From Vicugna vicugna (lineage: Eukaryota), in contig MU058244.1 of NCBI GenBank assembly GCA_013265495.1, forward strand, positions 126,001-186,000: a DNA stretch of 60,000 nucleotides. Direction: 5' to 3'. This document shows, in pieces, positions 1 through 11,655 of the stretch; within the stretch, counting starts at the first letter, position 1, and each line of letters starts with the position of its first letter. The position numbers were made by a program, and so were the translations under genes. The notes beneath the pieces were generated by a model. The model had not been told where the DNA came from. It made no database searches and worked only from the letters and a program-made list of their open reading frames with translations.

Positions 1-1829
1 GGGGTGAGCACGGGTGACCGAGGCCATGAGCAGGCAGGGGAAGGAGAGTTCTCAGCTAGTGGCCTGGGGCCTCCGAAGCTCAGAGGTGCTTGGTCAGGGT
101 GCTGAGACGCTGTCTGCCGAGTGACAGCGGGACGGTGGGTCAGAGAGGAAGATGCTCGCTGCTTCCTGTCCAGCCGGACGGCAGAGAGACCCCAGGCTGC
201 CCCTCAGCCGCACGTCTCTCCTTTGTGCGGAACAGTGATGTTCAGACAGCCCTGTTATCTCTGCTGACAGGTGGAGGGGTTATCGACCCTCACGGGTAAA
301 CGGACGAGAAAGTGGCTCAGGTTTAACTTCCATCACAGGCGGGAGTGAATGGAAACCACAGCAGCAAGAGCTGTCGGGGGGCCTCCGACGTCTCTGAGTT
401 AAAGGCGTTCCGAGGCTAAAAGATCTGAGGACTGTTGGTGCCAGGAGAAGCAGTGGCCCTCAGTGGGGGAGGGCTGCCCCTCCCCCGGCCGCGGCCCTGC
501 CCCGTGTGGCTGGAGTTTGTCTTTTCCTGCAGTCCCTCGCCCTGCGCTGCCTCTTCCCTCCTCTTGCAGGCGGTGCCCTCTGGTCCCCAGGAGAGGGAGC
601 AGGCGGGTGCCTGGGTCCTGGGGACGTGGTGGCGGGGGGCTGCCTGCGAGGCCAGGAGGAGGTTTCCTTTTTGGCAAAACAAAGGCCTGGGGGACTCGGC
701 TGACAGCAGGGCTGACCCTGAGGTGGGTGATGGTGGGGCCCACCTGGCCTCGTCCTGCACGTCCAGGACCGCTGCAGACTTCGCTTTCTCAGTTTCTCGT
801 CTCAGGGTCACAGTGACAGTGGGCAGCCCTTCCAGGCAGAGAGCTGGGGACAGACGCCAGGAAATGTTCGTTTTTGAGGTGTGGTGGCCCAGCCCACACT
901 CAGAAGTAGCTGCTGAGACAATGGTCCCCGACCACCAGCTGCGGGCAGGACACGGACAGCTCTGGAGTGAGGCGTGCGTGGCGGCCCCCAGGGAGGGGTG
1001 GACACTGACCACCCGCCTGGACGGCAGTGGGCCATCTGCTCATGCTGACCAGGCTGGGGCGTCGGGCCTGTGGGCACGCCGGTGTTTGCCGAGACTGGCG
1101 TCGCCGGCTCCGTCAGAGGATGCCCCAGCCCGGGGGAGGGGGCCCCAGGGATGCTGTGCGGGTCCCTCCGGCCAAGGCCCCTGGCCTTTGACAGTGAGTG
1201 GTCAGTCGGGAAGGCCAGGAGTGGCCCTGGATGACTGGGGAGACACAGCCCCGGGCGAGGGAACGTGTTTTGGGTGCAGGGCTGGGTACCCCAGGCTTGT
1301 CGAGGGGGTGGCAGCAGAGGGGGCTTTCCTGGGCACAAGCAGAGGCGAAGCGAGCAGCTGGAGGGAGCCCTGGGCTCCAGGCCTCAGAGTCACTGCTGCG
1401 GAGGTCAGCTCCCTGGCCCCGCCCAGGCCACGTGCCTGGCCAGCAGCCCTCCCTCTCACTCTTGGCTGCCCCTCCAGGCCTGGATGCGAGCTACAGAGGG
1501 GCAGGATTCCAGGCGGAGGGAGCCAAGGGTTCCCTGGACAAACTGGAGTTGCCTCTGGCCAACTGGGATGGGATTCCAGCAAAACACCCTGCCCTCCCGG
1601 CCTCTGCCCACTTGCCTCCTCGAACAGGGCTGGGCAGGGGTGCCAGCAAAGTGCTTCCCTGCCGAGAGAAGGGTGGCCTGGGCGCAAAGAGCACAAGGAC
1701 TCCTTGGCGTGGGGTCAAGGATCAGGGCAAAGGACGGACAGCCCAAGGTCACGCCAAGGTCACGCCGCGGTCGGTCTCGGGGAGCGGCTGCTCCCCGTCT
1801 GCCCCTGTCTGAGACCCCCATCTTCCTAC

Positions 1830-2175
1830 CTTGGATAAAGCCCAAACACCCAACTCTCAGGAAAATGATTGTTAACAGTAAACCCATCACATGTTAACAT
1901 AAATAACGTTTTTAAGAAAAAACAACCATATTCTCAAAAAAAACATGAACAGCACTGTTGTACATTTTTGCAAATGTCCACAATGTTTGGGCTTCAAAGA
2001 AAGCGGCTGCTTCTCCCACTTATTCTGCGTCCAGTTCCACACTCCCTCCTGGAGCCTCTGGAAAACCGCTCTAGGGACGCAGAGCAGAGAGAGTCAGAAC
2101 TGAAAATAGCACCTCAGTGTCACGCCGTGACCCCATGGACACGGGAGGCCCAGGATCTCGCCTTGAGAACTGCTG
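1830..2175. mobile_element. hAT-Charlie (Charlie1-like) DNA transposon fossil
   Basis: Contains acatgttaacataaataac...tacatttttgcaaat and ends ccttgagaactgctg, matching my recall of Charlie1 internal and terminal sequence. Confidence 0.7.
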
Positions 2176-3254
2176 CTATGAGACATTTAATTAACACCAA
2201 GGAAGAGGGAAGAAGGGGAACCAGGAGAGCAAAAAACGTCTGAAACAAACAGAAAACAGGCAGCAAACGCACAGTGGGTCCAACGACGCCGAGGTTCACG
2301 GTGGGCCCTCCGCCCCGCTGGCCTCTGGGGAGTGCGGCGTGAGCCTGGTGGCGGCGGGGCCCTGGGGAGATAGCTTCCCAGTGCGCTCACTGCCACTCTT
2401 ACAGCCTAGGTCCCTCACTCGCCTGAGCTTGGCGACTGCCCCACCTGTCGGGCCCACCTGGGTCCTCGGCATCTGCCTCGGGGGTCTCGCTCCGGAAGGG
2501 TTTGTGGAATAAACCACTGACCCAGCGATTCTGGAAGTCCGCAGAGTGCCCATCTTTCTGGCTGAAACAGACACGAAACGGCAGGTGGGATTCTGTGTGG
2601 GGAACTGGTTTTAAAGAACAAAACTGTCAGAAGGAACGTCGGGCAGAAGAACTTCAGGACAGGCACTGGGGGGGAGGTGGGCCTGGGCCAGGGCTCAGGG
2701 CAGCTGACTCCTTCTGAGCCCGCGGGCCGGGCAGGCTCGCAGCACCTGCGCAGAGACAACCGCTAAGCATGTGGGGACTTGGCGAGCGGCCGTCGGACTG
2801 CCAATAGCTTGCCGTCCGCCGCGGTGGGAGTATTCACAGCAGGGAGACGGGCAGGCTCCATGCGGGGGCTTTCAGTTTGGGTGCCGGGTTGGTAGCACAG
2901 CACGGCCTGCAGCCACGCCAGGGACAGAGGACTGGGGCTCCCCTGCTGCTCCCCACGTCTGGGCCTCTGCCGGTTCCTGGGCACTGAGGGGGCTGGGGGC
3001 CCCTGGGTGGGGGTGGCTCCTGAGAGGCGGGCCCGGCGGCCTCTCACCTCGCTTGGCCTGCCTGGGGCCTGGCTCTTCCCGGCCTGGAGGGATTTGGACA
3101 GAGCCCGTCAGTGGCGATGTGGACAGGCTGGGCGGGACCTAGTCCTTGGGCAACGATGCAGAAAACATGGCCCAGGTGTCCCTGAGAGTCCAGCCTGCAA
3201 GCAGCGCCTCCATCCCTTCCCGAGGTGGGCAGGACGAGAAGGAGGCGTCTTCGT

Positions 3255-3410
3255 GGTTCCTGGCTCAGCCGGCTGCGGCCGCTGTAACAGAGCCTCAGGG
3301 ACACCGTCACTTCTCAGCCTGGAGGCTGGACGTCCAGACCGAGGCGCAGGCAGGTCTTGTGTCTGGTGAGGACGTCCCTGGGTCCCGGTCTCTGCACACC
3401 TTCGACAGCC
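3255..3410 (-). mobile_element. MLT1-type (ERVL-MaLR) LTR fragment
   Basis: gctgtaacaga...cctggaggctggacgtccagaccgaggc...tctggtgagg resembles the reverse orientation of MLT1A-D. Confidence 0.55.
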
Positions 3411-4928
3411 CTATGAGTTCTGTTCGGGGGGCTCCGCTTCGCAAGTGAGGGATTGCTGCATATCTGCAGTTAGAGGTGGACTGAGCAGGCCGCTGGGCCA
3501 GGCCGGCAGTGCGACTCTCCTGCTGACTCCTGTGCCCACCTGGGGCTGCAGGGGTTTTCGGATCTCCAGCGGCTTTCAGATAAGACCCCCAACCCCGGCC
3601 CAGCGCGGAGCCCGGGGCCTCTCCCTGAGGGTCAGCCAGCTGCTGGCTGTTGCAGGTGTTGTCCATTAACAGAAACTGGGGCTGTGAGTAAACAGTTGTT
3701 GGATTAGCTCAGTTTGCTTGGCAGACAAGATCTTTCAAAACAAGTGTCAGTGTCCCTGCCCCCTCCAGAACCTCTGTACGGCTGCAGGCCTAGTGCGTGT
3801 TTGGACAATGTTTACGTCGTCCCCTGTGGTGCCCCGTGGACCCAGAGGAGAGGTCAGCAACTGATCACCATGGCAGTGCGGGGAGGACAGAGAAGGCATC
3901 CCACAGATTTCCAGGAAAAGTGCCTCTGGAAACCCTGGGTCCTCCCAGCTAAATTCTGGGGGTGGCGAGAGCTGTTCGGCGGCGGCGTGAGCAGCGAGGA
4001 AAGGTTGCTGTTCAGCGTTCTAGGCTGCAGTGAGCTGGTTGTGTTCCGACTGGGCTCCCCCAGGTGGGGAACATGGGAGCCCCTCAGGGAACCTGGGTCC
4101 TCCCGCGGCCCAGGCTTGCCCATGGGGGCGCCCTGGCGTGTTATGTCGCGGTGCCCCGTGCCGTGGCACCGAGGGGCATGGTGGATTGTGCCGAGCTGTG
4201 GAGCGGTGTGGCTCGCTGCAGAGGAGACTTACTGAGCCCGGCACGGGCAGCTGGGCGGCGCTCGGTCCTGGGTGACCATCACTTCCCGAGGCTCGTTTTG
4301 TCCGGATCTCTAAGGGGTTCTCTGCACTCACCTGGCACCTGGATCTGACCACTTTAAACAACTGCCCCTAGGGCACCCCCGTCCAGGAAGGGGAGATGTG
4401 TCCTTCAAGCCTGCCCAGCGTTGCTTTCTGCAGCTCAATGTGGGCCAAAGCCAGCTCTGCGACGCAGCATGCCTCCTCCCAGGGTCTCGGCCTCCTCTCC
4501 CAGAGCCTAGTCACGTGAGGGGTATTGGTGGGGGGCTGTAAATACTTGGTGAATTGTCTGTTCCCTGCGCCAAGGCCACACCCGATAGTAAGCTGTGGTC
4601 TCCCGTGCCTGCCGCAGGTGCAGCCCAAGTTCAGCCCAATGCATGAGCCTGAGATGCAGGAGACAAGCCCTCCACCTCCGCCCGGAGCCTGGGCAGACCT
4701 GGCGCATGGGGATGGCGGGAATTGGCAGCACGGGCGTGGAGCCAGGGCAGGGAGCCCCTCCAGGCACTGGCAGCAGTGGTGACGGTTCAGCTTGTCCCCA
4801 GGACAAAGCAGGACACCCGGGGGGGCCTGCGTGCTGAGAGGCTGCAGGGGCTGGGCCTTGCCCAGCTTTTTCTGGGCGCCAGTGAGGACCCCTTAGCTGA
4901 CACACACATGTGCGTGCACGTGCGCCCG

Positions 4929-4955
<27 letters not shown>
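4929..4955 (+). repeat. (CA)n microsatellite
   Basis: Perfect CA run of about 13 units. Confidence 0.95.
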
Positions 4956-4959
<4 letters not shown>

Positions 4960-5654
4960 CTTGGGTTACGACACGACCCGTCCGTCCTGACGTCTGTAAG
5001 TGGGGCACGAGGCGTCCATCCTGACCTGATGGCTTCCCCAGGGCCTTCTCCTTGGGCCTGGAGGTGGGGAGGTGTGGAGAAGGCCTTGGTCGCAGCACAG
5101 GTTAGTCCTCGGGCCAGGCTGTGCGGCCTTGTTGAGCAGGAATAAGCACTTTTGTGGGCTAAGGGGGCTCTTGCAAGAAACGTGGATGAGCCTGGTTTTC
5201 GGGGAATCCCAGCTGCATTTCCCTGACTCACCCAAGCATTGTGCCTGGAAATGTTGAGTCTGGCAACCAAGTGCAAGCTCCGGTAGATGCCTGCTGGGGC
5301 TGAGCTGGGCCCAGGCATCGCTCCTGTGGAGAGGAGGTGGGGGGTCCCTGGTAGTGGGAGGTGGCCCGCAGCTCCTGTCCCCACTGGCCTCCCCTCCAGT
5401 CCCCGACTCCTTGGGACGCCACCCCTCACCCTCCAGACAAGCGCCTTGAAAACCCCAAGCCAGAGTCACTCAAGTACCACACCAGGCCCTGAGCTGAAGA
5501 GAGGGTCCCTTGAGGAGACCCCCTGACAGGCTCTAGGGATGGTGCCCAGCCGGGGGTCTGGGCGGACCCTCCCCGCACCCCCAGGCGAGGTGGGCTGGGC
5601 AGGGGCAGGGCAGCAGGAGGGGCCGACGGGGCTGCTTGGCTGGACTGGACACTG

Positions 5655-5960
5655 TGGCTAATCCCAGATAATTGCCCCCTGGGGAAGGGGGTGCTTGGGG
5701 ACCGAGCTGTCTCCTTTTCTCTGCTCTTAGCTCCATCGGACAATCCTGAAAGCAGCTTGCGACGCCTTCAAAGGTCCCGAGTGCATTCCGGTCCCTGGGA
5801 AAGCCGGCCTGAGCGTCAGGAAACCTGATCGGGGCCCCTAATTGCCTGGTGGGGATTAGCAGGGCCCTGGGCAGCCCCCCACCCAGGTGCGCACTCCTGC
5901 TGCCCCGCCAGGACCACCCTCCCGAGACCTGGGCCTCCTTTGAGCCTGGATTAGTCCAGG
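5655..5960. promoter_or_regulatory. Candidate OTX/CRX-type homeodomain enhancer
   Basis: CTAATCCC at 5658-5665, GGGATTAG at 5852-5859, GGATTAG at 5948-5954, plus TAATTG at ~5669 and ~5839, all in very GC-rich DNA. Confidence 0.4.
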
Positions 5961-6411
5961 CAGACGGAGGAGTCTCTGGGGCTTGAAAGGCCTCTGCACC
6001 CCCATCTAGCACCCAGGTGGACAGACTGCAGACAGCTGAGCAGGGAGCCACACGGCCGTCCTGGGTAAGGCCTCTGTGCCCCGCCTCTCCCATGTGTGGC
6101 CCTGAGCAGGGCCTGGGGGCTTCCTCTGGTCCTGGCTCCCCTGCGCTTCGGCCCCCCAGCCCCACCAGGCCCCCAACTCCCGGCTGATCTGCTCAGCCCT
6201 GCCTCCCTCTGCCGCTCCCCCCACCCCCCCTCCCCCCCCAGCCCCCTCCCCTCCCCCTGCTTCCCTGATGCAACTTGGAGTTTCCCTTGGCCCCTACGGC
6301 CACCGCTGCTCCACCCTCACCTCCACCTCTCCTGTTCTGCTTTTGAAAGACAATTACCTTGTCTCCCAGGATCGTAACAGCCTATTGGTTAGTGTTTGTG
6401 CTACAGAGCAT

Positions 6412-6900
6412 CTCTCTCTTATCTATCTATCATCTATCATGTGCCTGTCATCCATCTATCTATCATCTATCTTCCCATCCATCCACCCACCCATCCGCCC
6501 ATCCATCCATCCATCCAACTATCCACCCATCCTTTCATCCATCCATCTATCCACCCACCCATCCACCTATCCATCCATCCACTCATCTATCCACCTATCC
6601 ATCCACCCATACATTCATCCATCTATCTATCCATCCATCCATTCATCCATTCATCCATCCACCCTTCCATTCATCCACCCATCCATCCAATTATCCATCC
6701 ATCCATCCACCCACCCATCCATCCATTCATCCATCCACCCTTCCATTCATCCACCCATCCATCCAATCATCCATCCATCTATCCACCCATCAACCTATCC
6801 ATCCATCCATCCATCCATCCATCCATCCATCCATCCACCCACACTTCCATCCACCCTTCCTTCTATCGATCGACCGATCGATCGATTGATCGATCAACCT
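6412..6900 (+). repeat. (TCTA)n/(CCAT)n degenerate tetranucleotide repeat
   Basis: Directly visible; it generates the HPSI-repeat ORFs. Confidence 0.95.
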
Positions 6901-6989
6901 AATCTCTCTCTCTGTCATCTAAACTTATCTTGTGACAATTGAGGCCCTTTGCAGGGAATTCAGTTTTCAGGATAAGGGAGAAACTCTCT

Positions 6990-8045
6990 TTTAAAAAAAT
7001 TTTAAATTGTGGTTACAAAACACATGACGTAAAATTTACCATCTGAACCATTTTTAAGTGTATAGTTCATAGTGTTAAGTCCATTCACATTGTTGCACAA
7101 CCATCACCCCATACACCCCCAGAACTCCCCATCTTCCTAAACTGAGACACTGTCCCCATTAAACACTCACTCCCCCTCCCCCAGACCCTGGCCCCTGCCC
7201 TCTGCTTCCTGTCTCTGTGACTCTGACTCCTCCAGGGACCTCACAGAAGTGAGGTCACACAGTGTCTGTCTTTCTGTGTCTGGCTTATTTCACTGAGCAC
7301 TGTGTCCTCAAGGTCCCTTCACACTGTAACAGGTGTCAGAGTTTCCCTCCTTTTTCCAGCTGAATAATATTCCAGTGTGTGGATGGACCACATTGTGTTT
7401 ATGCATCTTCCTTTGATGGACACCTGGGTTGCTTCCGCCGTTTGGTTTTTGTGTATAATGCTGCAGTGAACGTGGATGTGCAAATATGACTTTGAAATCC
7501 TGTTTTTAATTTTTTGGATATACACTCAGGAATGAGATTACTGGGTCATAGGGTAATTCTGGTTTTAACTTTTCAGGAAGCGTCTCCTGTTTTCCGAAGC
7601 GGCTGCACCCTTTTACGGTTCCACGAGCAATGCACAAGGGTTCTGACTTCTCCATGTTCTGGCCAACACTGGTTATTTTCCATTTTTTGATCGTAGTCAT
7701 CCTAATCCCACTGTGGTTCTTACTGGAATTTCTCCAGGGATTAGTGATGTTGAGCATCCTTTCATTTGCTTGTTGGCCAATTGTTTGTCACCTTTGGAGA
7801 AATGTCTGTCCAAGTTCTTTGCCTGTTTAGAAAATCAGGTTGCTTTGTTTTTGCTGTGGTTGAGCTGTGGGAGTTCTGGACATATTCTGAATATCGCTCC
7901 CTTATCAGGTACATGATTTGCACCTGTTTTCTCCTGTTCTGTGGGCTGCCTCTTCGCTCTGTTGGTGGTTTCCTTTGCTGTGCAGAATGTTCCCAGTCTG
8001 ATGTTGCCCTGTTCGCCTGTTTTTGCTTCTGTTGCCTGCACGTTC
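6990..8045 (-). mobile_element. LINE-1 3' end (L1MA/L1MB-like): ORF2 C-terminus plus 3'UTR
   Basis: aaattgtggt...aaaatttaccatc...tttaagtgta is a typical L1M 3'UTR. Minus-strand ORFs give ORF2 C-terminal motifs (ELPYDPVI; FCTAKETTNRAKRQPTE). Confidence 0.9.
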
Positions 8046-8844
8046 GTGTGAGAAGCTCTCCGCACCCAACTGCTGTTGAGGGAGAGGACGCTGGCTGTCT
8101 CCTCCCTCCTCTGCAGGGAGCTCGTTAGTGATCAGACACTTAATTTCTTGGCACATTTGATGTTTCCAAAATACCGTTCTTGCTTTTTTTTTGATCTCTG
8201 GAAAACCTTGATATTCAAAGTGGGCCTTTGACGCCTGCTCTCCCTGAAGACCTTTTGGGGAGAAGGTTTTGGCCCTATCAGAGGCCCTTGGGGGCCGGCT
8301 TTTCTTGGGGAGGGGTGTCCGGCCCAGGGCCAGCCATATGAAAGGCCCCTCATCAACTGTTGGGTGTGGGCAGGTGGGGGAACACCAGGGTGGTCTGGAG
8401 ATGGGAGGGAGAGTGGGGGAGGGTAGCTTGGAGCCCAAGGGTTTCCAGGCTTGGGGAGCCTGGCAGTGGGCCCAGATTCCCCCAACACCCCCAACCCAGG
8501 AGCCTGCAGACCTGAATCTTCAAAACACCAGCTGGTCGTCCACCCTTGTCCCAGCCCCTGCTGGGACCCAGAAACTCAGACAGCTGGTTCGGGCCCTATC
8601 TTGGGTCCTGGCGCTCCCCAGACCCCAGCGAGGGGGGTTGCTCGGACTTCAAAGAGTCCTGGGCTCCGGCTTCATGGAGGGAGGCATAGACCAGGAGACA
8701 GATGCTCTGGGCAGGACTGGGATAGCCCAGAGGGGTGTGGCCCCTCCATAGGGGAGGGGGAGGGGACTGTATCCAGGCCTAGTGCCAGAGACAAGAAAGG
8801 TGAGGGGAGGTGGGAGGAGGGGGGACCGAGAGACAGGAGAGGTG

Positions 8845-8861
8845 NNNNNNNNNNNNNNNNN
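8845..8861. other. Assembly gap (17 N)
   Basis: Run of N flanked on both sides by gagacaggagaggtg. Confidence 0.99.
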
Positions 8862-9299
8862 GAGACAGGAGAGGTGGGGGGAGGGGGGACCTGTCGGATG
8901 CCCCACAGGTGCAGCTCCTCCTGGGATGGCTGCGCTCACCCCGCACAGCACTGGGGGCCGAGGCAGGCGGCCAGCTGGATCAGAGTCCTGGGTGGGTGAC
9001 CAGAGATGTGACCACAGGGGCGGGGAGGGAGTCCTGGACGTAAGCAGCTCCCAGCCCAGCTGAGGCAAGACCTGCTTCTCAGTTTGTTAAAGCCTTTGCC
9101 AAGTGCCACGCGCGCACGTGCAGGAGTGCCCGCCTCCTAAGCCTGCAGCTCCTTCTCTTCTACTTTCTCTTTTTTTTTTTAACAAAACAAGCCCATGTGA
9201 GGAGCCAGCACCAGGTCAAGACACAACGTGACCAGCACCCAGAAGTCCCTCCTGATTATTTCTTCCTGCCAGGCTTCAGCTCTGGGGGCAAGTGACCAG

Positions 9300-9440
9300 C
9301 AGGGACTCGGGGGCTCTGGGTGCTGGCAATGTCCCATAGCTTGATCTGGGCGGCGGTCGTGGGACTGCACGTACATGTAAGATCACTGAGCTGCGCAGCT
9401 AAGACTTGTGAACTTTTAAGTTACGCTTAAACAAGACAAA
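9300..9440 (+). mobile_element. Old L1 3'UTR fragment
   Basis: gctggcaatgtc...cttgatctggg...tgtaagatcactgagctg...taagacttgtgaacttt resembles an L1MB/ME terminus. Confidence 0.5.
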
Positions 9441-9475
9441 TATTTGTAGACATACTCTTCATATGACACAAGTTG

Positions 9476-9556
9476 TATGAGGCTGGAGCATACAAAATTG
9501 CCAGCACTCCACTGTTTTGATGTGTGAAAATGAATTTTCCTGTGGCTAAACCAAGA
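9476..9556. mobile_element. MADE2-like Mariner MITE remnant
   Basis: About 80 bp; catacaaaattgcc...aaaatgaattttcctgtggctaaacc is a degenerate form of the MADE2 palindrome. Confidence 0.45.
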
Positions 9557-9839
9557 AGCTCTTTGTTCAGGCCAGGCCTCTGATGTCCCAGAGGACTGTG
9601 CTCTCCCCTCCCCCCCGGCTACGTCCTCCTTGTCCTCACAAGCCCCCCGTCCCAGCTACACCTGGATGGGGCTGAGTGTCCTCCCCGGGCCACCCCCGCA
9701 GCTCATGACACAAGGGGACCTCTCGTGTCCCCGCTCGTGCTTCCGCCGAGGGCAAGGCCCTGCCCCCTCTGTGAGGCCACGTGTTCCCCGAGGGGCTACT
9801 CGCGACACGTGGACACCAAGGGGGAAGGACGCGGGGGTG

Positions 9840-9950
9840 ATGGCTTATTGAGCTCCTGCTGTGTGCCAGGCATGGCTCTAGGTGCCGGGAAAATGGGAGA
9901 AACAGCTGACAGTGCCTCCCAGCTCCAAGATCATCAGTGCCAGAGAAACA
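9840..9950. mobile_element. L2/MIR-type fragment
   Basis: ttattgagctcctgctgtgtgccaggcatggctctaggtgc is the characteristic L2 3'-end motif. Confidence 0.55.
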
Positions 9951-9999
9951 GAGCAACAACCACTTCTCTTCTGCAGAATTAAATATGTATGTGAGGACC

Positions 10000-11655
10000 T
10001 CTGGCCAAGATGAATTAAAGAAGGGAGCAGGTCTACCTTCCTGAGAACAGACACTGCATAGACAACAGTGGTTCTCAGGAGCCTGGGCAGCAGGCAGTCA
10101 AGGACAACCCCCAGGAGAAGGGAGGCATGTGGGCTGAGCCCCACAGAAGCGCACCTACTGCCTGGAGAGACCTTTCACACGTGGCACAGGGCAGGGGGAC
10201 CTGAGTCGAAGAGACAGAGCTGAGAGTTTGGGAAGACCCAGGTGGCTAGAGTTCTTGGGATACAGAATTGCATGGAGAGAAAACTCCAGAAGTTTTCAAA
10301 GAGTCCCCCTTGAGTGTTCAGGAGATTGGTGCGCAGGAAAAAACGACTAAAGGTGGGGAAAAGAACAACCTCGTCAAGAATGGAGCCTGTTTTCACCGGT
10401 CGAGCTGGAACAGCTCAGGGTTCATGGCTCTGGGGAGAGTCCTCCGAGGTCTAGCCTCAAGAATGGAAACTATTACCAGCAAGGTAAAATTTACAATGTC
10501 TGGCATCCAACAAAAATCGGCAGTCATGCAAAGAAGAAGAAAATGTGACTCATAATGAGGAGATAAATTGTTCAATTTAAAGTGACACAGAAGTAGCATG
10601 GGTGCTAGAATTAGCAGACAAACATTAGAATATTAACACTTTAATGCATCTGCACAAAAAGTTATATAGAAACGTAAAAGATACAGAAAAAGACCAAAGT
10701 CAAACTTTCAGAAATGAAAAACCACGGTATTTGAGATAAAAAATTATATGGGGAGAGAGAGAGGGAAGAAAAAGACAGATTAGACATGATAGAAGAAAAG
10801 ATTAGTGAACGTGGAGACACAGCAACACAAACTAGCCAAAATGAAACCCACAGAGGGGAAGGTTTAAATGGACTTTGGGACAACACACATGTGTCCTTAT
10901 GTGTGTCACTGGAGCTCCCGAGGAGAGGGGAGAGAGGACAGCGACAGTACCTGGAGAAATAATGGCTGACAAATCTCCACGCTTGGTGCAAAATAGAAAT
11001 CCGCAGACCCAGTATGCTCAGCGAGTCATGAGCACGAGACACGACGGAAGCCACGTTAAAGCAAGTTATAAATTACACAAAACCAGCGATCAATAGGAAA
11101 CTCTTAAACGCAGCTAGAGGAGTAAAGTTGCGTTGTGCACAGAGAAACAAACATGTCAGCAGATGCCCATTTGAAACAGTGAAGCTGGAAGACAGCAGAG
11201 TAGCACCTTTGAATCCTGGTGTGAGAGTCCTGTAAGCCTAGAGCTCAATGCCAGGGGAACCAATCTTCTTTTTTTGAACAGGCAAAGTGAAGACAACTCA
11301 GACGTGCAGAAGCTGGAAGAACTCACCACCTGCAGAGCTGTTCCGTGAGAAATGCACACAGGGAGCTGTATTCAGTATCTTGTAATAACCTTTCCTGAAA
11401 GAGAATTAGAAAATGAATTTATGTGTGTGTACGCATGACTGGGACATGATGCTGTGCACCAGAAACTGACACGTTGTGGCTAACTATACTTCAATTAAAA
11501 AAAAGAAGGAATGCAAAAGGAAGACTTTCAAGCAGAGGAAACTGATATCAGACATAAACATGGATCTACACAAAAGAAATAAAAAGGATCAGAAATGGTA
11601 AACACAGGTAAACCTGTAAGGTTGATTGTTATTCAAATCTCCTTAAAAGCGATTG
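10000..11655 (+). mobile_element. Ancient L1 5' region/ORF1 fossil, interrupted by a younger L1
   Basis: A-rich ORF1-like sequence: gaagaaaagattagtgaac, ctggagaaataatggctgacaaat, gaaaatctcttaaa-like motif. Confidence 0.7.
11357..11506 (+). mobile_element. Young 5'-truncated L1 3' end, camelid/artiodactyl type, with A-tail and TSD
   Basis: cacagggagctgtattcagtatcttgtaataacc...catgactgggacat...ccagaaactgacac...ctatacttcaattaaaaaaaa. Flanking near-repeat agaaatgca (11348-11356) / aggaatgca (11507-11515). Confidence 0.75.

Noticed and set aside
435..1838. 467-aa ORF
   Set aside because: No recognisable domain, G/P/A/R-rich composition and overlapping long ORFs in other frames; expected from stop-codon scarcity in GC-rich DNA.
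6268..6942. HPSI-repeat ORFs
   Set aside because: Translation of the (CCAT)n microsatellite.
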